Positions 49,382 through 58,495 of a stretch of DNA of 64,000 bases are shown here, piece after piece. Origin of the DNA: an uncultured Spirochaetota bacterium (lineage in GTDB: Bacteria > Spirochaetota > Spirochaetia > SZUA-6 > Fen-1364); assembly GCA_963781885.1 (NCBI GenBank), contig CAWAHW010000002.1, positions 480,001 through 544,000 of the forward strand, in the 5' to 3' direction. Made by a program: the position numbers and the translations under genes. How positions within the stretch are numbered: position 1 is the stretch's first letter; every line of letters begins with the position of its first letter. The notes under the pieces are model-generated. The model was not told where the DNA came from, did no database searches, and was given only the letters and a program-made list of their open reading frames with translations.

Positions 49382-50542
49382 GTGAGTGAGAACGAGAACA
49401 TGCGTGCAATGATTCTCAACGGTGTGGTGAGCGGCGCCATGTCGCTCGACCAGGCAACGCAGATCCTCAATCTCTCCTATAGGCAGATGAAGAGGGTCTG
49501 GAAGCGTTTCCGCGAAGAAGGCGAGACGGGTCTGGCTCATCGTAACAAAGGTAGGCCTTCAAACAGGGCATTCGTCGATCAGCTCAAGCGCGACATTCTG
49601 CAGAAGTACGCCCGCGTGGGACAAGGCCTGGGGCCGACGCAATTCTCGGATCGCCTTGCGGCTGAAGGCATCTTTGTCGACCATGAGACGCTTCGGCGCT
49701 GGCTGCTGCAGAACGGCGCCTGGAAGCTTTCGCGGAACAGGGCGGTGCGGCCGGTGGAAGTGCGCACGAGCGGCTTCGGAGAGCTCCTCAATCTCGTGTC
49801 CTTCCACGGGTGCTGGCTCGGGGAGACCGTCGCACCCTGCTTCCTGGTCTGTCTGCGCGATGAGGCGACCGGCTACACACTCTGCTCCGCGAGCAGGGAC
49901 GAAACGAGTGAGACCGCCATGCGCCTCCTTCGGGCATGGATCGAGCGCCACGGCATTCCCGCGGGAATCCGCTGCCAGAGGCGTTTCCTCTTCGCGGAGA
50001 ACCGCCACCCGACGCTCGAGCAGCAGCTCTGCGGCGGCGGCGCCCTCACGGCGCTGAGCCGGTCCTTCGATCGGCTGGGCATCGAATCGGGAACGCTGTC
50101 CCCGTCACAGACGAAAGCCATCCTGAACGACATGCTGCCCTTCCTCGACGCCATGAAGGCGATGGTGGCGCGCAGCGGCGCGATCGGCATCGAGCAGACC
50201 ACGGCGTTCCTGCTGGGAGCGGCAGCGGACGAATTGAATGGGAGGTTCGCGGCAGGCCATGCGGAGGCGGACGACTACCACGTGCCGATTGTCGATGGCA
50301 CCGACCTGCGCAGGTTCCTCTGCGTCGACCAGGAGTGCCGCGTCAGCGCGCAGGGCATCGTCGAGCTCGGGCACCGGCGATTCCGCATCATGAACGGGGG
50401 GGCCATGGGCGTAAGGCATCTTCAGCGGGTCGTCGTTTCGGAGTGGCTCGACGGATCGGTGCACATCCTCTGCCAGGGGCGGGAGATCACCTTCCTCGAG
50501 ACCAGGCCGGCGCAACCTTGCATCGATCGTCTGGCAATGTAG
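49382..50542 (+). CDS. ISNCY/IS1202-like transposase-derived protein lacking DDE catalytic residues (putative domesticated DNA-binding regulator)
   Basis: HTH LSYRQMKRVWKRFREEG..GLAHRNKGRPSNR, GPT....L, VDHETLRRWL, FGEL, DEATG, HGIP, C-terminal EWLDGS; expected QxDGS, YxD and GRVER appear as NLVSF, RCQ and AILND; GGAGG RBS. Confidence 0.8.
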   Translation: MSENENMRAMILNGVVSGAMSLDQATQILNLSYRQMKRVWKRFREEGETGLAHRNKGRPSNRAFVDQLKRDILQKYARVGQGLGPTQFSDRLAAEGIFVDHETLRRWLLQNGAWKLSRNRAVRPVEVRTSGFGELLNLVSFHGCWLGETVAPCFLVCLRDEATGYTLCSASRDETSETAMRLLRAWIERHGIPAGIRCQRRFLFAENRHPTLEQQLCGGGALTALSRSFDRLGIESGTLSPSQTKAILNDMLPFLDAMKAMVARSGAIGIEQTTAFLLGAAADELNGRFAAGHAEADDYHVPIVDGTDLRRFLCVDQECRVSAQGIVELGHRRFRIMNGGAMGVRHLQRVVVSEWLDGSVHILCQGREITFLETRPAQPCIDRLAM

Positions 50543-50566
50543 AAATACCAGTCCAAGGAGTCGAAA

Positions 50567-51223
50567 ATGGCGATTCGCTCACAGGAAGTCCTCGCGGCAC
50601 TCGAGGAAACAGGTGTCGTGGCGGTGATCCGGGTCGAAGACCCCGAGGGCCTCGCCGATGTCTCGCGCGCCCTGTGCGCGGGCGGCGTGCGCCTGGTGGA
50701 GATCACGATGACGGTCCCCGGTGCTCTCGCGCTGATCGCCTCGGTGAGCGCATCGCTCGGGAATGCCGTGTTTATCGGCGCCGGCACCGTCCTGGACGCG
50801 GCTGCCGCGCGCATGGCGATACTCGCCGGCGCGCGTTTCGTCGTCGGGCCCAGCTTTGACCCTGACGTCGTGGCCATGTGCAAGCTCTACGACACGCCCG
50901 TCATGCCGGGCTGCCTCACGCCGACGGAGATCGCCGCGGCGTGGAAGGCGGGCGCCGACGTCGTGAAGATCTTCCCCGGCCGGGTGGGCACCCCCGAGTA
51001 TTTCCAGGACCTCAAGGGCCCCTTCCCCCAGGTGAGGATGATGCCCACGGGCAATGTCGACGTCGTGACGACGCCCGCGTACATCAAGGCGGGCGCGGTT
51101 GCCGTCGGCGTCGGAAAAGCGCTCGTCGACCCGCGCGCCATGGCGGCGCGCCAGTACAAGGTCATCACCGACAATGCCATCGCGTTCCGACGGCTCGTGC
51201 AGGACGCGCGGAGCCGCACCTGA
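50567..51223 (+). CDS. eda: KDPG/KHG aldolase, copy 2
   Basis: EITM, GAGTV, PGCLTPTE, VKIFP, PTG. Confidence 0.92.
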   Translation: MAIRSQEVLAALEETGVVAVIRVEDPEGLADVSRALCAGGVRLVEITMTVPGALALIASVSASLGNAVFIGAGTVLDAAAARMAILAGARFVVGPSFDPDVVAMCKLYDTPVMPGCLTPTEIAAAWKAGADVVKIFPGRVGTPEYFQDLKGPFPQVRMMPTGNVDVVTTPAYIKAGAVAVGVGKALVDPRAMAARQYKVITDNAIAFRRLVQDARSRT

Positions 51224-52251
51224 TGGCAAAAAAGGTCGTCCTCTTCGGGGAGCTCCTCATGCGGCTGGCGCCGAAAGGCGTCGACAGGTTCGTGCAGGCG
51301 GAGGAGTTCGACGTCCGCTACACCGGCGCCGAGGCGAACGCCGGTGTGTCGCTCGTCAATTTCGGCATGGAAGCCTATGCCGTATCAAAGGTGCCGGACA
51401 CCGAGATCGGCCAGGCCTGCATCAACTACCTGAGCCGGTTCCGGGTCAACACGGACCACGTGGCGCGCGGCGGGGAGCGGCTGGGCATCTTCTTCCTGGA
51501 GACCGGCGCGGCCCAGCGCGCCTCGAAGATCATCTACGACCGCGGGCACAGCGCCATCCGCGATTCAACACCGTCCGACTACGATTGGGAGCGCATCTGC
51601 GAAGGCAAGGACTGGTTTCATTTCTCCGGCACCGCGCCGGCGCTCGGCGAGGGGGTGCAGAGGGTGCTGGAGGACGGCCTGGTCGTCGCCCGGCGGCGGG
51701 GGCTCACGGTCAGCTGCGATCTGAACTACCGGGCAAAGCTATGGTCGCCGGCCGAGGCCCAGCGCGTGATGACCGGGTTCATGCGCCACGTCGACGTGCT
51801 CATCGGCAACGAGGAGGACGCGGAGAAGGTATTCGGCATCGCGGCGCCCGGCAGCGACGTGGGCAAGGGAAAGATCGTCGGCGACTCCTATCGCCACGTC
51901 GCCGTGGAGCTCGTGCGGCGTTTCGGGTTCCAGAAGGTGGCCACGACCCTGCGGGAGAGCGTTTCCGCGTCCGTGAACGGGTGGGCGGCCATGCTGTCCG
52001 ACGGCACGACGCATGTCACGAGCCGCCGCTACGAGATCGCCCCAATCGTGGATCGGGTGGGCGCCGGCGACTCCTTCACCGGCGGTCTCATCTTTGCGCT
52101 CCTGTCGGGCTACGACCTGCAACGCAGCGTCGATTTCGCCGCGGCAGCATCCTGCCTGAAACATTCGATCGCCGGGGACTTCAATCTCGCTTCCGTCCGG
52201 GAGGTGGAGGCGCTGATCGCCGGTGAAGCGTCGGGAAGGGTGCAGAGATGA
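51223..52251 (+). CDS. kdgK: 2-dehydro-3-deoxygluconokinase (PfkB family), copy 2
   Basis: FGELLMRL, GAEAN, DLNYRAKLW, DRVGAGDSF. Confidence 0.9.
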   Translation: MAKKVVLFGELLMRLAPKGVDRFVQAEEFDVRYTGAEANAGVSLVNFGMEAYAVSKVPDTEIGQACINYLSRFRVNTDHVARGGERLGIFFLETGAAQRASKIIYDRGHSAIRDSTPSDYDWERICEGKDWFHFSGTAPALGEGVQRVLEDGLVVARRRGLTVSCDLNYRAKLWSPAEAQRVMTGFMRHVDVLIGNEEDAEKVFGIAAPGSDVGKGKIVGDSYRHVAVELVRRFGFQKVATTLRESVSASVNGWAAMLSDGTTHVTSRRYEIAPIVDRVGAGDSFTGGLIFALLSGYDLQRSVDFAAAASCLKHSIAGDFNLASVREVEALIAGEASGRVQR

Positions 52252-52327
52252 AAGGGGTCACCGCGCAGGCTCGAAGCCTGCCATGGGCTAAAGGCACCGG
52301 CCGCTGACGGCAGGGGAGGAGAAACCA

Positions 52328-53155
52328 ATGGGCTCGATGGAAGGCATGCGTGTCCTCGTGACAGGGGCGGGCACGGGGATCGGGAAGGGAATCGCGGAAG
52401 AGTTTGCGCACGAAGGGGCAACCGTGGTGCTCCATTATTCGCACAGCTCGGCCGGGGCAATCGCCGCGGCGCACGCCATCGTTGCCGCCGGCGGAAAGGC
52501 GGAGGCGATGCCCGCGGACTTTTCCCGACGCGACGAGGTGCGGGGGCTTGCCGCGCGCGCGCTTTCATTCCTGGGGGGAATCGACGTCCTGGTCAACAAC
52601 GCCGGGGTGTCCCTCACATTGCCCTTCGAGCAGGTCACCGGCGAGCAGTTCGACCTGCTCTATGCCGTGAATGTCAGCGCGCCCTTTTTCCTCACGCAGG
52701 CGCTCCTTCCGCGTCTCTGCGAGTCGAAGAACGCGTCGGTCATCAACCTGAGCTCCATCCACGCCTACGAGGGCGCCCCCGAGTACGCCGTCTACGCGGG
52801 CACGCGCGGTGCCATCCTGGCTTTCACGCGGGAGCTCGCCATCGAGCTCGCACCGCTCGGCATACGGGTGAACGGCATCGCCCCGGGATCGACCAACGTG
52901 GAAAGCCATCGGAAGGTCGCGTCGAGCGCCGAGCTCGAAGCGGAGGGCCGGGGGATACCCGTCGGCAGGCTTGGAACGCCGCAGGACATGGGCAAGGTCG
53001 CCGTATTCCTCGCGTCGGAGGGAGCGCGCTTCATCGTCGGACAGACCATCGTGGTCGACGGCGGCACCATCTCGTGGATGCCGTTCGGGGAGCAGTTCCG
53101 ACGCCGTGCGCCGAAAGAGTACCGCCTGGGCCAGGGCTACGTGCCGGGGATGTAG
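52328..53155 (+). CDS. SDR oxidoreductase
   Basis: TGAGTGIG, NNAG, YAGTR (Arg at the usual Lys), VNGIAPG. Confidence 0.88.
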   Translation: MGSMEGMRVLVTGAGTGIGKGIAEEFAHEGATVVLHYSHSSAGAIAAAHAIVAAGGKAEAMPADFSRRDEVRGLAARALSFLGGIDVLVNNAGVSLTLPFEQVTGEQFDLLYAVNVSAPFFLTQALLPRLCESKNASVINLSSIHAYEGAPEYAVYAGTRGAILAFTRELAIELAPLGIRVNGIAPGSTNVESHRKVASSAELEAEGRGIPVGRLGTPQDMGKVAVFLASEGARFIVGQTIVVDGGTISWMPFGEQFRRRAPKEYRLGQGYVPGM

Positions 53156-53161
53156 GGTGGC

Positions 53162-53186
53162 GGCGGCAGGCGTCAGGCCTGCCGCC
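53162..53186. terminator. Hairpin between convergent genes
   Basis: GGCGGCAGGC-gtcag-GCCTGCCGCC. Confidence 0.55.
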
Positions 53187-53198
53187 ACTGTCGGATCT

Positions 53199-54101
53199 CT
53201 ACAACAGCTCGTTCGCCGTGAGCGCCCGCTTGATCTCGGTCGCCTGCTCGGGGCCCATGGGCTCCAGCGGCGCGAGCGCCTTGCCCGCGCCGATGCCCAT
53301 GAGCGAGGCGGCGTGCTTGAAGCCCGTTACCCAGCTCGCCGGCCCGCCGACAAGCGGCGCGCGCACGGGCTGCAACTTGGCGAATAGCCGCGTCACGGCC
53401 TCCCAATCCGCCCGTGTGGCCGCATCGAAAAGCCGCACGAACAGCGCAGGGGCGATGTTGGCCGTCCCCGGCACGATGCCCGCGGCGCCTGCCTTCAGCT
53501 CTTCCACCAGCGTGACCTCGTCACCGGCAAGCACGGAAAGTCCCACATCCTTGCCGCGTTTCACGAGATCGCGGAAATAGGCGACGTCGCCCGAGCTTTC
53601 CTTGCAGTACCGTATCCATCCGCGCCGCGCCATGTCGCAGACCATTCCCACGTCCAGCGCGACACCCGTGCTCTGGGGGATGTTGTAGGCGATCATCTCC
53701 ATGTCGCCGGCCGCCTCGCGCGCCGCGGCGTAAAGACGAAGCTGCTCGGAGGCGCTCCTGGCTGCAATGTAGAAGCTTGGTGTCAGGACGAAGCCGCGGC
53801 ACCCGACCTGGCGCAGCACGCGCACCTTCTCGATGACGCGGGAGGCCGACGTCTCCATGACGCCCGTCACGAGGCTCGTTTTCGATCCGCACTCGTCGTA
53901 TGCGATCTCCGCCAAGCGCTGCCATTCCGCGAACGTGAGGAGGGGTCCTTCACCCGCGGTGCCCCCGGCGAAAATCCCGCGCACACCCGCGGCGATGAGC
54001 CGGCGTATCAGGGACCGCAGCCCCTGCTCGTCCACCCGCTCCTGCGCATTGGTGGGTGTGATGATGGGAACGACGACGCCATGCAGAGACTGTTTGTCCA
54101 C
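53199..54101 (-). CDS. DapA/NanA family class I aldolase/dehydratase
   Basis: GTAGEG, YNIPQSTG, KESSGD. Confidence 0.88.
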   Translation of the reverse strand: MDKQSLHGVVVPIITPTNAQERVDEQGLRSLIRRLIAAGVRGIFAGGTAGEGPLLTFAEWQRLAEIAYDECGSKTSLVTGVMETSASRVIEKVRVLRQVGCRGFVLTPSFYIAARSASEQLRLYAAAREAAGDMEMIAYNIPQSTGVALDVGMVCDMARRGWIRYCKESSGDVAYFRDLVKRGKDVGLSVLAGDEVTLVEELKAGAAGIVPGTANIAPALFVRLFDAATRADWEAVTRLFAKLQPVRAPLVGGPASWVTGFKHAASLMGIGAGKALAPLEPMGPEQATEIKRALTANELL

Positions 54102-54146
54102 GATAACCTCCCTGGAGCGCCGGGCTTCAGACCGGGCGCGCCGGCA

Positions 54147-55292
54147 TCATGACGAAAGCGGGTATCGCCCCGCGTTCCTCACCTCGTCGCACATGGCAAC
54201 GATATTCTGAGGCGGCACATCGGGCTGGATGCAGTGCACGGCCGCGGCGACATAGCCGCCCCCCGGGGCAAGATCGCCGATGCGGCGCCGGACCTCGGCG
54301 CGCACGTCAGCTTCGCTGCCGTGGGGAAGGACGGTCTGGGTATCGATGGCGCCGCAGAAGGAGAGCCGGCCGCCGAACTCCCGTTTCAGACGGGCGGTGT
54401 CGGCGAGGTCCTTTGCCGAGACCTGCACGGGGTTCAGCAGGTCGACACCGACATCGGCCAGGTCCCCGATGAGCGGATAGATGTTGCCGCAGGAATGGAA
54501 GAAGACCTTCGCGCGGGTACCCTCGTGAATCGCCGCGAGCGTCTCCGCCTGGTGGGGCTTGACGAGCCGTCGGTATAGCGCGGGCGCCATGAATGTCGAG
54601 TCCTGCGTGCCCAGGTCATCGCCCGTGAGTGCGATGTCGACAAAGTCTCCCACCTGACGGAAGAGCTCGCGGAGATACGGGATCATGCGGATCTTGAACT
54701 CGTGCATGAGCGCAAGGAAGAAGTCCTCGTCCGCCGCCAGATCCATCAGGCACTCGGAAAGGCCCCGCATGAGGTATGCCTGCTCGAAGAGAGTGACGCC
54801 CGTCATGAGGATGCAGGCTTTGCCGGACTGCTGGATCGCCCGGCAGCGCGCGGCCAGGCCTTCGAAACGGGACGGCGCCGACAGATCGGGCCAGGGGTAA
54901 CGGGGCAGATCCTCAATGCGCGCGTTGCGCAGCGGAGGCTCGATCACCTCGAAGTAGCCGGTGCCCGGGTTGCGCGTCCAGGTGCAGCCCCAGTCGTCGA
55001 CCAGCTCGTCCGGCGAGACGTCGCGGCGAAGCGTGGATGCCGCGGGACCGGGCACGCAGGGGCGGCCGTCCGAGCCCAGGCGCTCCATCACCGCCTCGTC
55101 CATCCACGTGTACTGGAATTGCCGCGATATCCAGCGCAGGGGACCCGGCTCGATGCCAAGGTGCCTCGCAAGACGCGGGTAGCCGGGCCCCAGGACCGTG
55201 GTGGCACCCGACGTTCCGATGAAGAGAGGGACCCGGTCCGGCTCCTCGTGATTCAGCGCCATCGCCACGCGTTCGCGCGACGTCATGCCCAT
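54147..55292 (-). CDS. Uroporphyrinogen decarboxylase/MtaA-like protein
   Basis: MTSRERV..ALNHEEPDRVP, GDDLGTQ, FHSCG, LNPVQ, HCIQPDVP. Confidence 0.88.
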   Translation of the reverse strand: MGMTSRERVAMALNHEEPDRVPLFIGTSGATTVLGPGYPRLARHLGIEPGPLRWISRQFQYTWMDEAVMERLGSDGRPCVPGPAASTLRRDVSPDELVDDWGCTWTRNPGTGYFEVIEPPLRNARIEDLPRYPWPDLSAPSRFEGLAARCRAIQQSGKACILMTGVTLFEQAYLMRGLSECLMDLAADEDFFLALMHEFKIRMIPYLRELFRQVGDFVDIALTGDDLGTQDSTFMAPALYRRLVKPHQAETLAAIHEGTRAKVFFHSCGNIYPLIGDLADVGVDLLNPVQVSAKDLADTARLKREFGGRLSFCGAIDTQTVLPHGSEADVRAEVRRRIGDLAPGGGYVAAAVHCIQPDVPPQNIVAMCDEVRNAGRYPLSS

Positions 55293-55317
55293 TTGTGTCT
55301 CCTCTCCCCGCGCCGGC

Positions 55318-56445
55318 CTAGTAGGTCCCCATGGCAAGGCCCTTGTCCACGAAGTGCCGGTAGGTGGGGTAATCGACAAGGCTCGACACGCTGTGGTCCA
55401 CCTGCAGGATGTACCCGCTGCCGGCCATTGCTCCGGGAAGCTTGCGTGAAAGCTCCGCATCGACCACGGAAAGGTCATTCGTCTCCAGGGTCCGCGCATC
55501 CATGCCGCCGATCAGCGCGATCCTGTCCCCCACGTCCTTCTTGATCTTCAGCAGATCCATGCCGGCCTTCGTCTCGATCGGCTGGAGGCAGTCGATGCCC
55601 GCCTCCAGGAGGGACGGCAGCAGCGCTTCAACGAAGCCGTCGCAGTGGAGGATCACGGGAAGCCCCCGGCTGTGCGCGAAGTCGAAGAGTCTCTTGTGCG
55701 CGGGAAAAACGATCTGGCGATACATCGCGGGAGACATGAAGGGCTTGTTCTTGAACCCCAGGTCATCCCACACCCAGAGGCCATCGGGCAGGCCTTCTTT
55801 CGCGAAGAGTTGCTCAAGCAACCGGATCGTGACCGTGGCAAAGAGGTCGGCCATCTCGGTTACCCATGGCTCGTCGAGCGCCATCCCCATGAGCAGGTAC
55901 TCGTGCCCGCACATGGGTGACATGAGGTCGAAGGCGCCGACGACCCCGCAGGAGAGAAAGAGCTCCTGCCGGGCGCATTTCTCCCTCATCTGCCGGTAGC
56001 GGTCGGAGCGGATGCGGCGGGAATCCAGGCTGAGATTCGTGAGGTGCGGCTTGATGTGCTCCTCCCACCCCGCCCGGTCGCGCACCGTGAAGTCAACGTG
56101 CTCGGGAGCGCCCGACCCGTTCTTCAGCCAGCGCAGGAAGGCGCCGTTTCCGTCGCGGATCAGCTTTGCCGTGTCCGTTTCCTCCACGACGGCTTGCCCG
56201 GCGTCAAGGTCGGCCACCAGCTCCAGCACATTGCCCGGCATGGGAGTGATTTCCCCGCTTGTGCGACGGACGTCCAGGCCGAAATGATCGCTCACGTCCT
56301 CAGGCGCCTTGTACCAGCCCTGAGCGCACCACGTGTCGGCCGTCTCCCGCCAGAAGACTTCGAAGAGACCCACCCTGTCCACGGGCTGATGCTTCAGGAT
56401 CCTCGAGATGCGCTCCCTGCTCGTGAGGGGGGAAGCCTTTTTCAT
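55318..56445 (-). CDS. Uroporphyrinogen decarboxylase/MtaA-like protein
   Basis: TSRERI, WDDLG, LHCDG, LQPIE.KAGMD, DHSV. Confidence 0.88.
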   Translation of the reverse strand: MKKASPLTSRERISRILKHQPVDRVGLFEVFWRETADTWCAQGWYKAPEDVSDHFGLDVRRTSGEITPMPGNVLELVADLDAGQAVVEETDTAKLIRDGNGAFLRWLKNGSGAPEHVDFTVRDRAGWEEHIKPHLTNLSLDSRRIRSDRYRQMREKCARQELFLSCGVVGAFDLMSPMCGHEYLLMGMALDEPWVTEMADLFATVTIRLLEQLFAKEGLPDGLWVWDDLGFKNKPFMSPAMYRQIVFPAHKRLFDFAHSRGLPVILHCDGFVEALLPSLLEAGIDCLQPIETKAGMDLLKIKKDVGDRIALIGGMDARTLETNDLSVVDAELSRKLPGAMAGSGYILQVDHSVSSLVDYPTYRHFVDKGLAMGTY

Positions 56446-57533
56446 GGTGTTCGATCTCCTCTTTTTCGTGTCAGGGACGGCGATGCCCCCATCATGCGCG
56501 CGGCGAGGTGCTCGATGGGTGTTCGCGGTCCCCGGAAAAATCGCACGGTGCTCACGTCGTCGTACCGGTTTCTGCCGGTGTCCCCGCCGATGGCGGGCGC
56601 GTGATACTCCAGCTCGCTGAAGCTGCCCAGGGCCGCATTGTTCACGGCGCATGCCTGCACGGCGCAGGCGGGCGGACCGGATCGCGGCGTGTCGATGTAG
56701 AGGAGACCCGGGTCCACCGCGAAATCCCGCACGATGAGATCGGCGCGCCCGCCGTTCCCGTGCAGGTAGCCCACGCGACCCGTGACCGATTCAGGGGGCA
56801 GCCCGATCTTCTTGTCTCCCTGTCCCCGCATCGCCCACTGGACGAGCGCCTGCTGCCGCCCCACGTCCTCCGCGGGGATGAGACCGAAAAAAAGGACCGG
56901 TTCGGGGCGATCTTTCACGCCGAAGAGCATCACCCCGCCGTGGGGAAGCTGCAGGAGGTTCCAGAGCCCCACGGGGGTGCGCGGCGCGAGCTGCGTGACC
57001 TCGAGGGTGCAGCGCAGGGTGTAGCCGCAGGACAGGATCCCCTGCACCGGCAGATCGTTGCGCACGGCATCCGGGTCCATCGCTTCGACGCTTTTTGAAA
57101 GCGACAGCCCGACATCCTCGGCTGTGCGAAACGAGTGGAGGGAGAAGGAGGTGGACATGACCAGGCGTGTCGCCTCCCGGCGGCAGGTGAAGCTGCCGGG
57201 ATCGAATACGCGGGGCTGGAAGTAGCCTTCCTCCCTTGGGTAGCGCGGGAGGAAGAAATCCGCTTCGGGTGCAATCCAAGTGCGGTCACCGCCGGTATTG
57301 CACCATGCGCCTGATTCGAAGAGACGGCGCGCGCTGTCCGTCCGGTCCAGCGCGGAATTGTTCCAGAGGAAGCCCTCCTCCTCGGTTCCGGGAAAGACGC
57401 CCAGCACGCGCGCCCCATGGGGGAGCACGACGACGCGTGCGCCGTCCGGTGCACGGAGGATCTCGGCGGGCTTGCCTGCCTCGGCCAGCCGCGCGGCCAG
57501 GGCGGCGGTAGCCCCGTCAGACTTTGACGCCAT
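56442..57533 (-). CDS. Conserved hypothetical protein (galactose mutarotase-like fold, DUF6786-like)
   Basis: GARVLG, GGDRTWIAPE, FSELEYHAP; overlaps both neighbours in the operon. Confidence 0.6.
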   Translation of the reverse strand: MASKSDGATAALAARLAEAGKPAEILRAPDGARVVVLPHGARVLGVFPGTEEEGFLWNNSALDRTDSARRLFESGAWCNTGGDRTWIAPEADFFLPRYPREEGYFQPRVFDPGSFTCRREATRLVMSTSFSLHSFRTAEDVGLSLSKSVEAMDPDAVRNDLPVQGILSCGYTLRCTLEVTQLAPRTPVGLWNLLQLPHGGVMLFGVKDRPEPVLFFGLIPAEDVGRQQALVQWAMRGQGDKKIGLPPESVTGRVGYLHGNGGRADLIVRDFAVDPGLLYIDTPRSGPPACAVQACAVNNAALGSFSELEYHAPAIGGDTGRNRYDDVSTVRFFRGPRTPIEHLAARMMGASPSLTRKRGDRTP

Positions 57534-58485
57534 TCACGACGTTCGGCGGCTTGCCCCCGCGCAGCATGACGGCCACGGTCTCCGCGACGTCCGTGCGGAG
57601 CTTCAGACCCGAGGTCGGGCTGCCGGAGGCGCAGTGCGGGTTGATGAGCACGTTGTCGAGCTTCGCGAGCGGATGACCCGTCGGGATGGGCTCGGGATCC
57701 GTGACGTCCAGGGCGGCCCCCGCAAGGTGACCGCTCTGCAGCGCGGCGACAAGGTCGTCCGTCTTCACGAGTGTCCCGCGGGAGACATTGACCAGGAGCG
57801 AGCCGCGCTTCATCTTCGCGATGGACTGCGCGTTTATCATCTGCCGCGTCTCCGGCGTGCTCGGGCAATGGAGCGACACGAGGTCGCTCTGCGCGAAGAG
57901 CTCCTCCCGCGTCACGGGGATGAAGCCGTCCTTCTTGATGCGCCGCGCCTCCACGTGGGGGTCGGCCACGATGACGCGGCACTTGAACGGCGCCAGGCGG
58001 AGAGCCACCTCGCGGCCGATGCGGCCGTAGGCAACGATGCCGACGGTCATGTCCTTCAACGCGCGCATGTCCTTGATGTCCACCGCGAGACTCCAGCTTC
58101 CCGCGCGGATGCGCATCGCGTTCTGGCTGATGCGCCGCGTCATCTCCAGGATCATCGCCAGGGCGTGATCGGCAACCTCGTTCGTGCAATAGTCCGGCAC
58201 GTTGCAGACGGGTATCTTCTTCGCCGCGGCCGCGGCGAGATCGACATTGTCCACCCCGATGCCGTAGCGCACGATGACGCGGCACTTCTGCATCGCAGCG
58301 ATCACCTCCGCGGTGACGGGAGCGAACTGCGTGATCACGTAGTCGGCGTCTTTCACCAGCGCAACGAGGCCCGGCTTTTCCTTGCCGGTCTTCAGCGAGG
58401 TGAACTGGCAGCCCAGCGGCTCCAGTATTCCCTTTTCGATGTCCAGGACGTCAAAACCATAATCCGTCACGGCGACGATCGGCAT
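57517..58485 (-). CDS. D-2-hydroxyacid dehydrogenase (SerA/CtBP-like)
   Basis: RYGIGVDNVD, YGRIG, NVSRG, LDV..EP, PH. Confidence 0.92.
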   Translation of the reverse strand: MPIVAVTDYGFDVLDIEKGILEPLGCQFTSLKTGKEKPGLVALVKDADYVITQFAPVTAEVIAAMQKCRVIVRYGIGVDNVDLAAAAAKKIPVCNVPDYCTNEVADHALAMILEMTRRISQNAMRIRAGSWSLAVDIKDMRALKDMTVGIVAYGRIGREVALRLAPFKCRVIVADPHVEARRIKKDGFIPVTREELFAQSDLVSLHCPSTPETRQMINAQSIAKMKRGSLLVNVSRGTLVKTDDLVAALQSGHLAGAALDVTDPEPIPTGHPLAKLDNVLINPHCASGSPTSGLKLRTDVAETVAVMLRGGKPPNVVNGVKV

Positions 58486-58495
58486 GTTTCTTCTC

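Noticed and set aside
49196-50566. Active insertion sequence
   Set aside because: No terminal inverted repeats or target duplication found, and the catalytic residues appear absent
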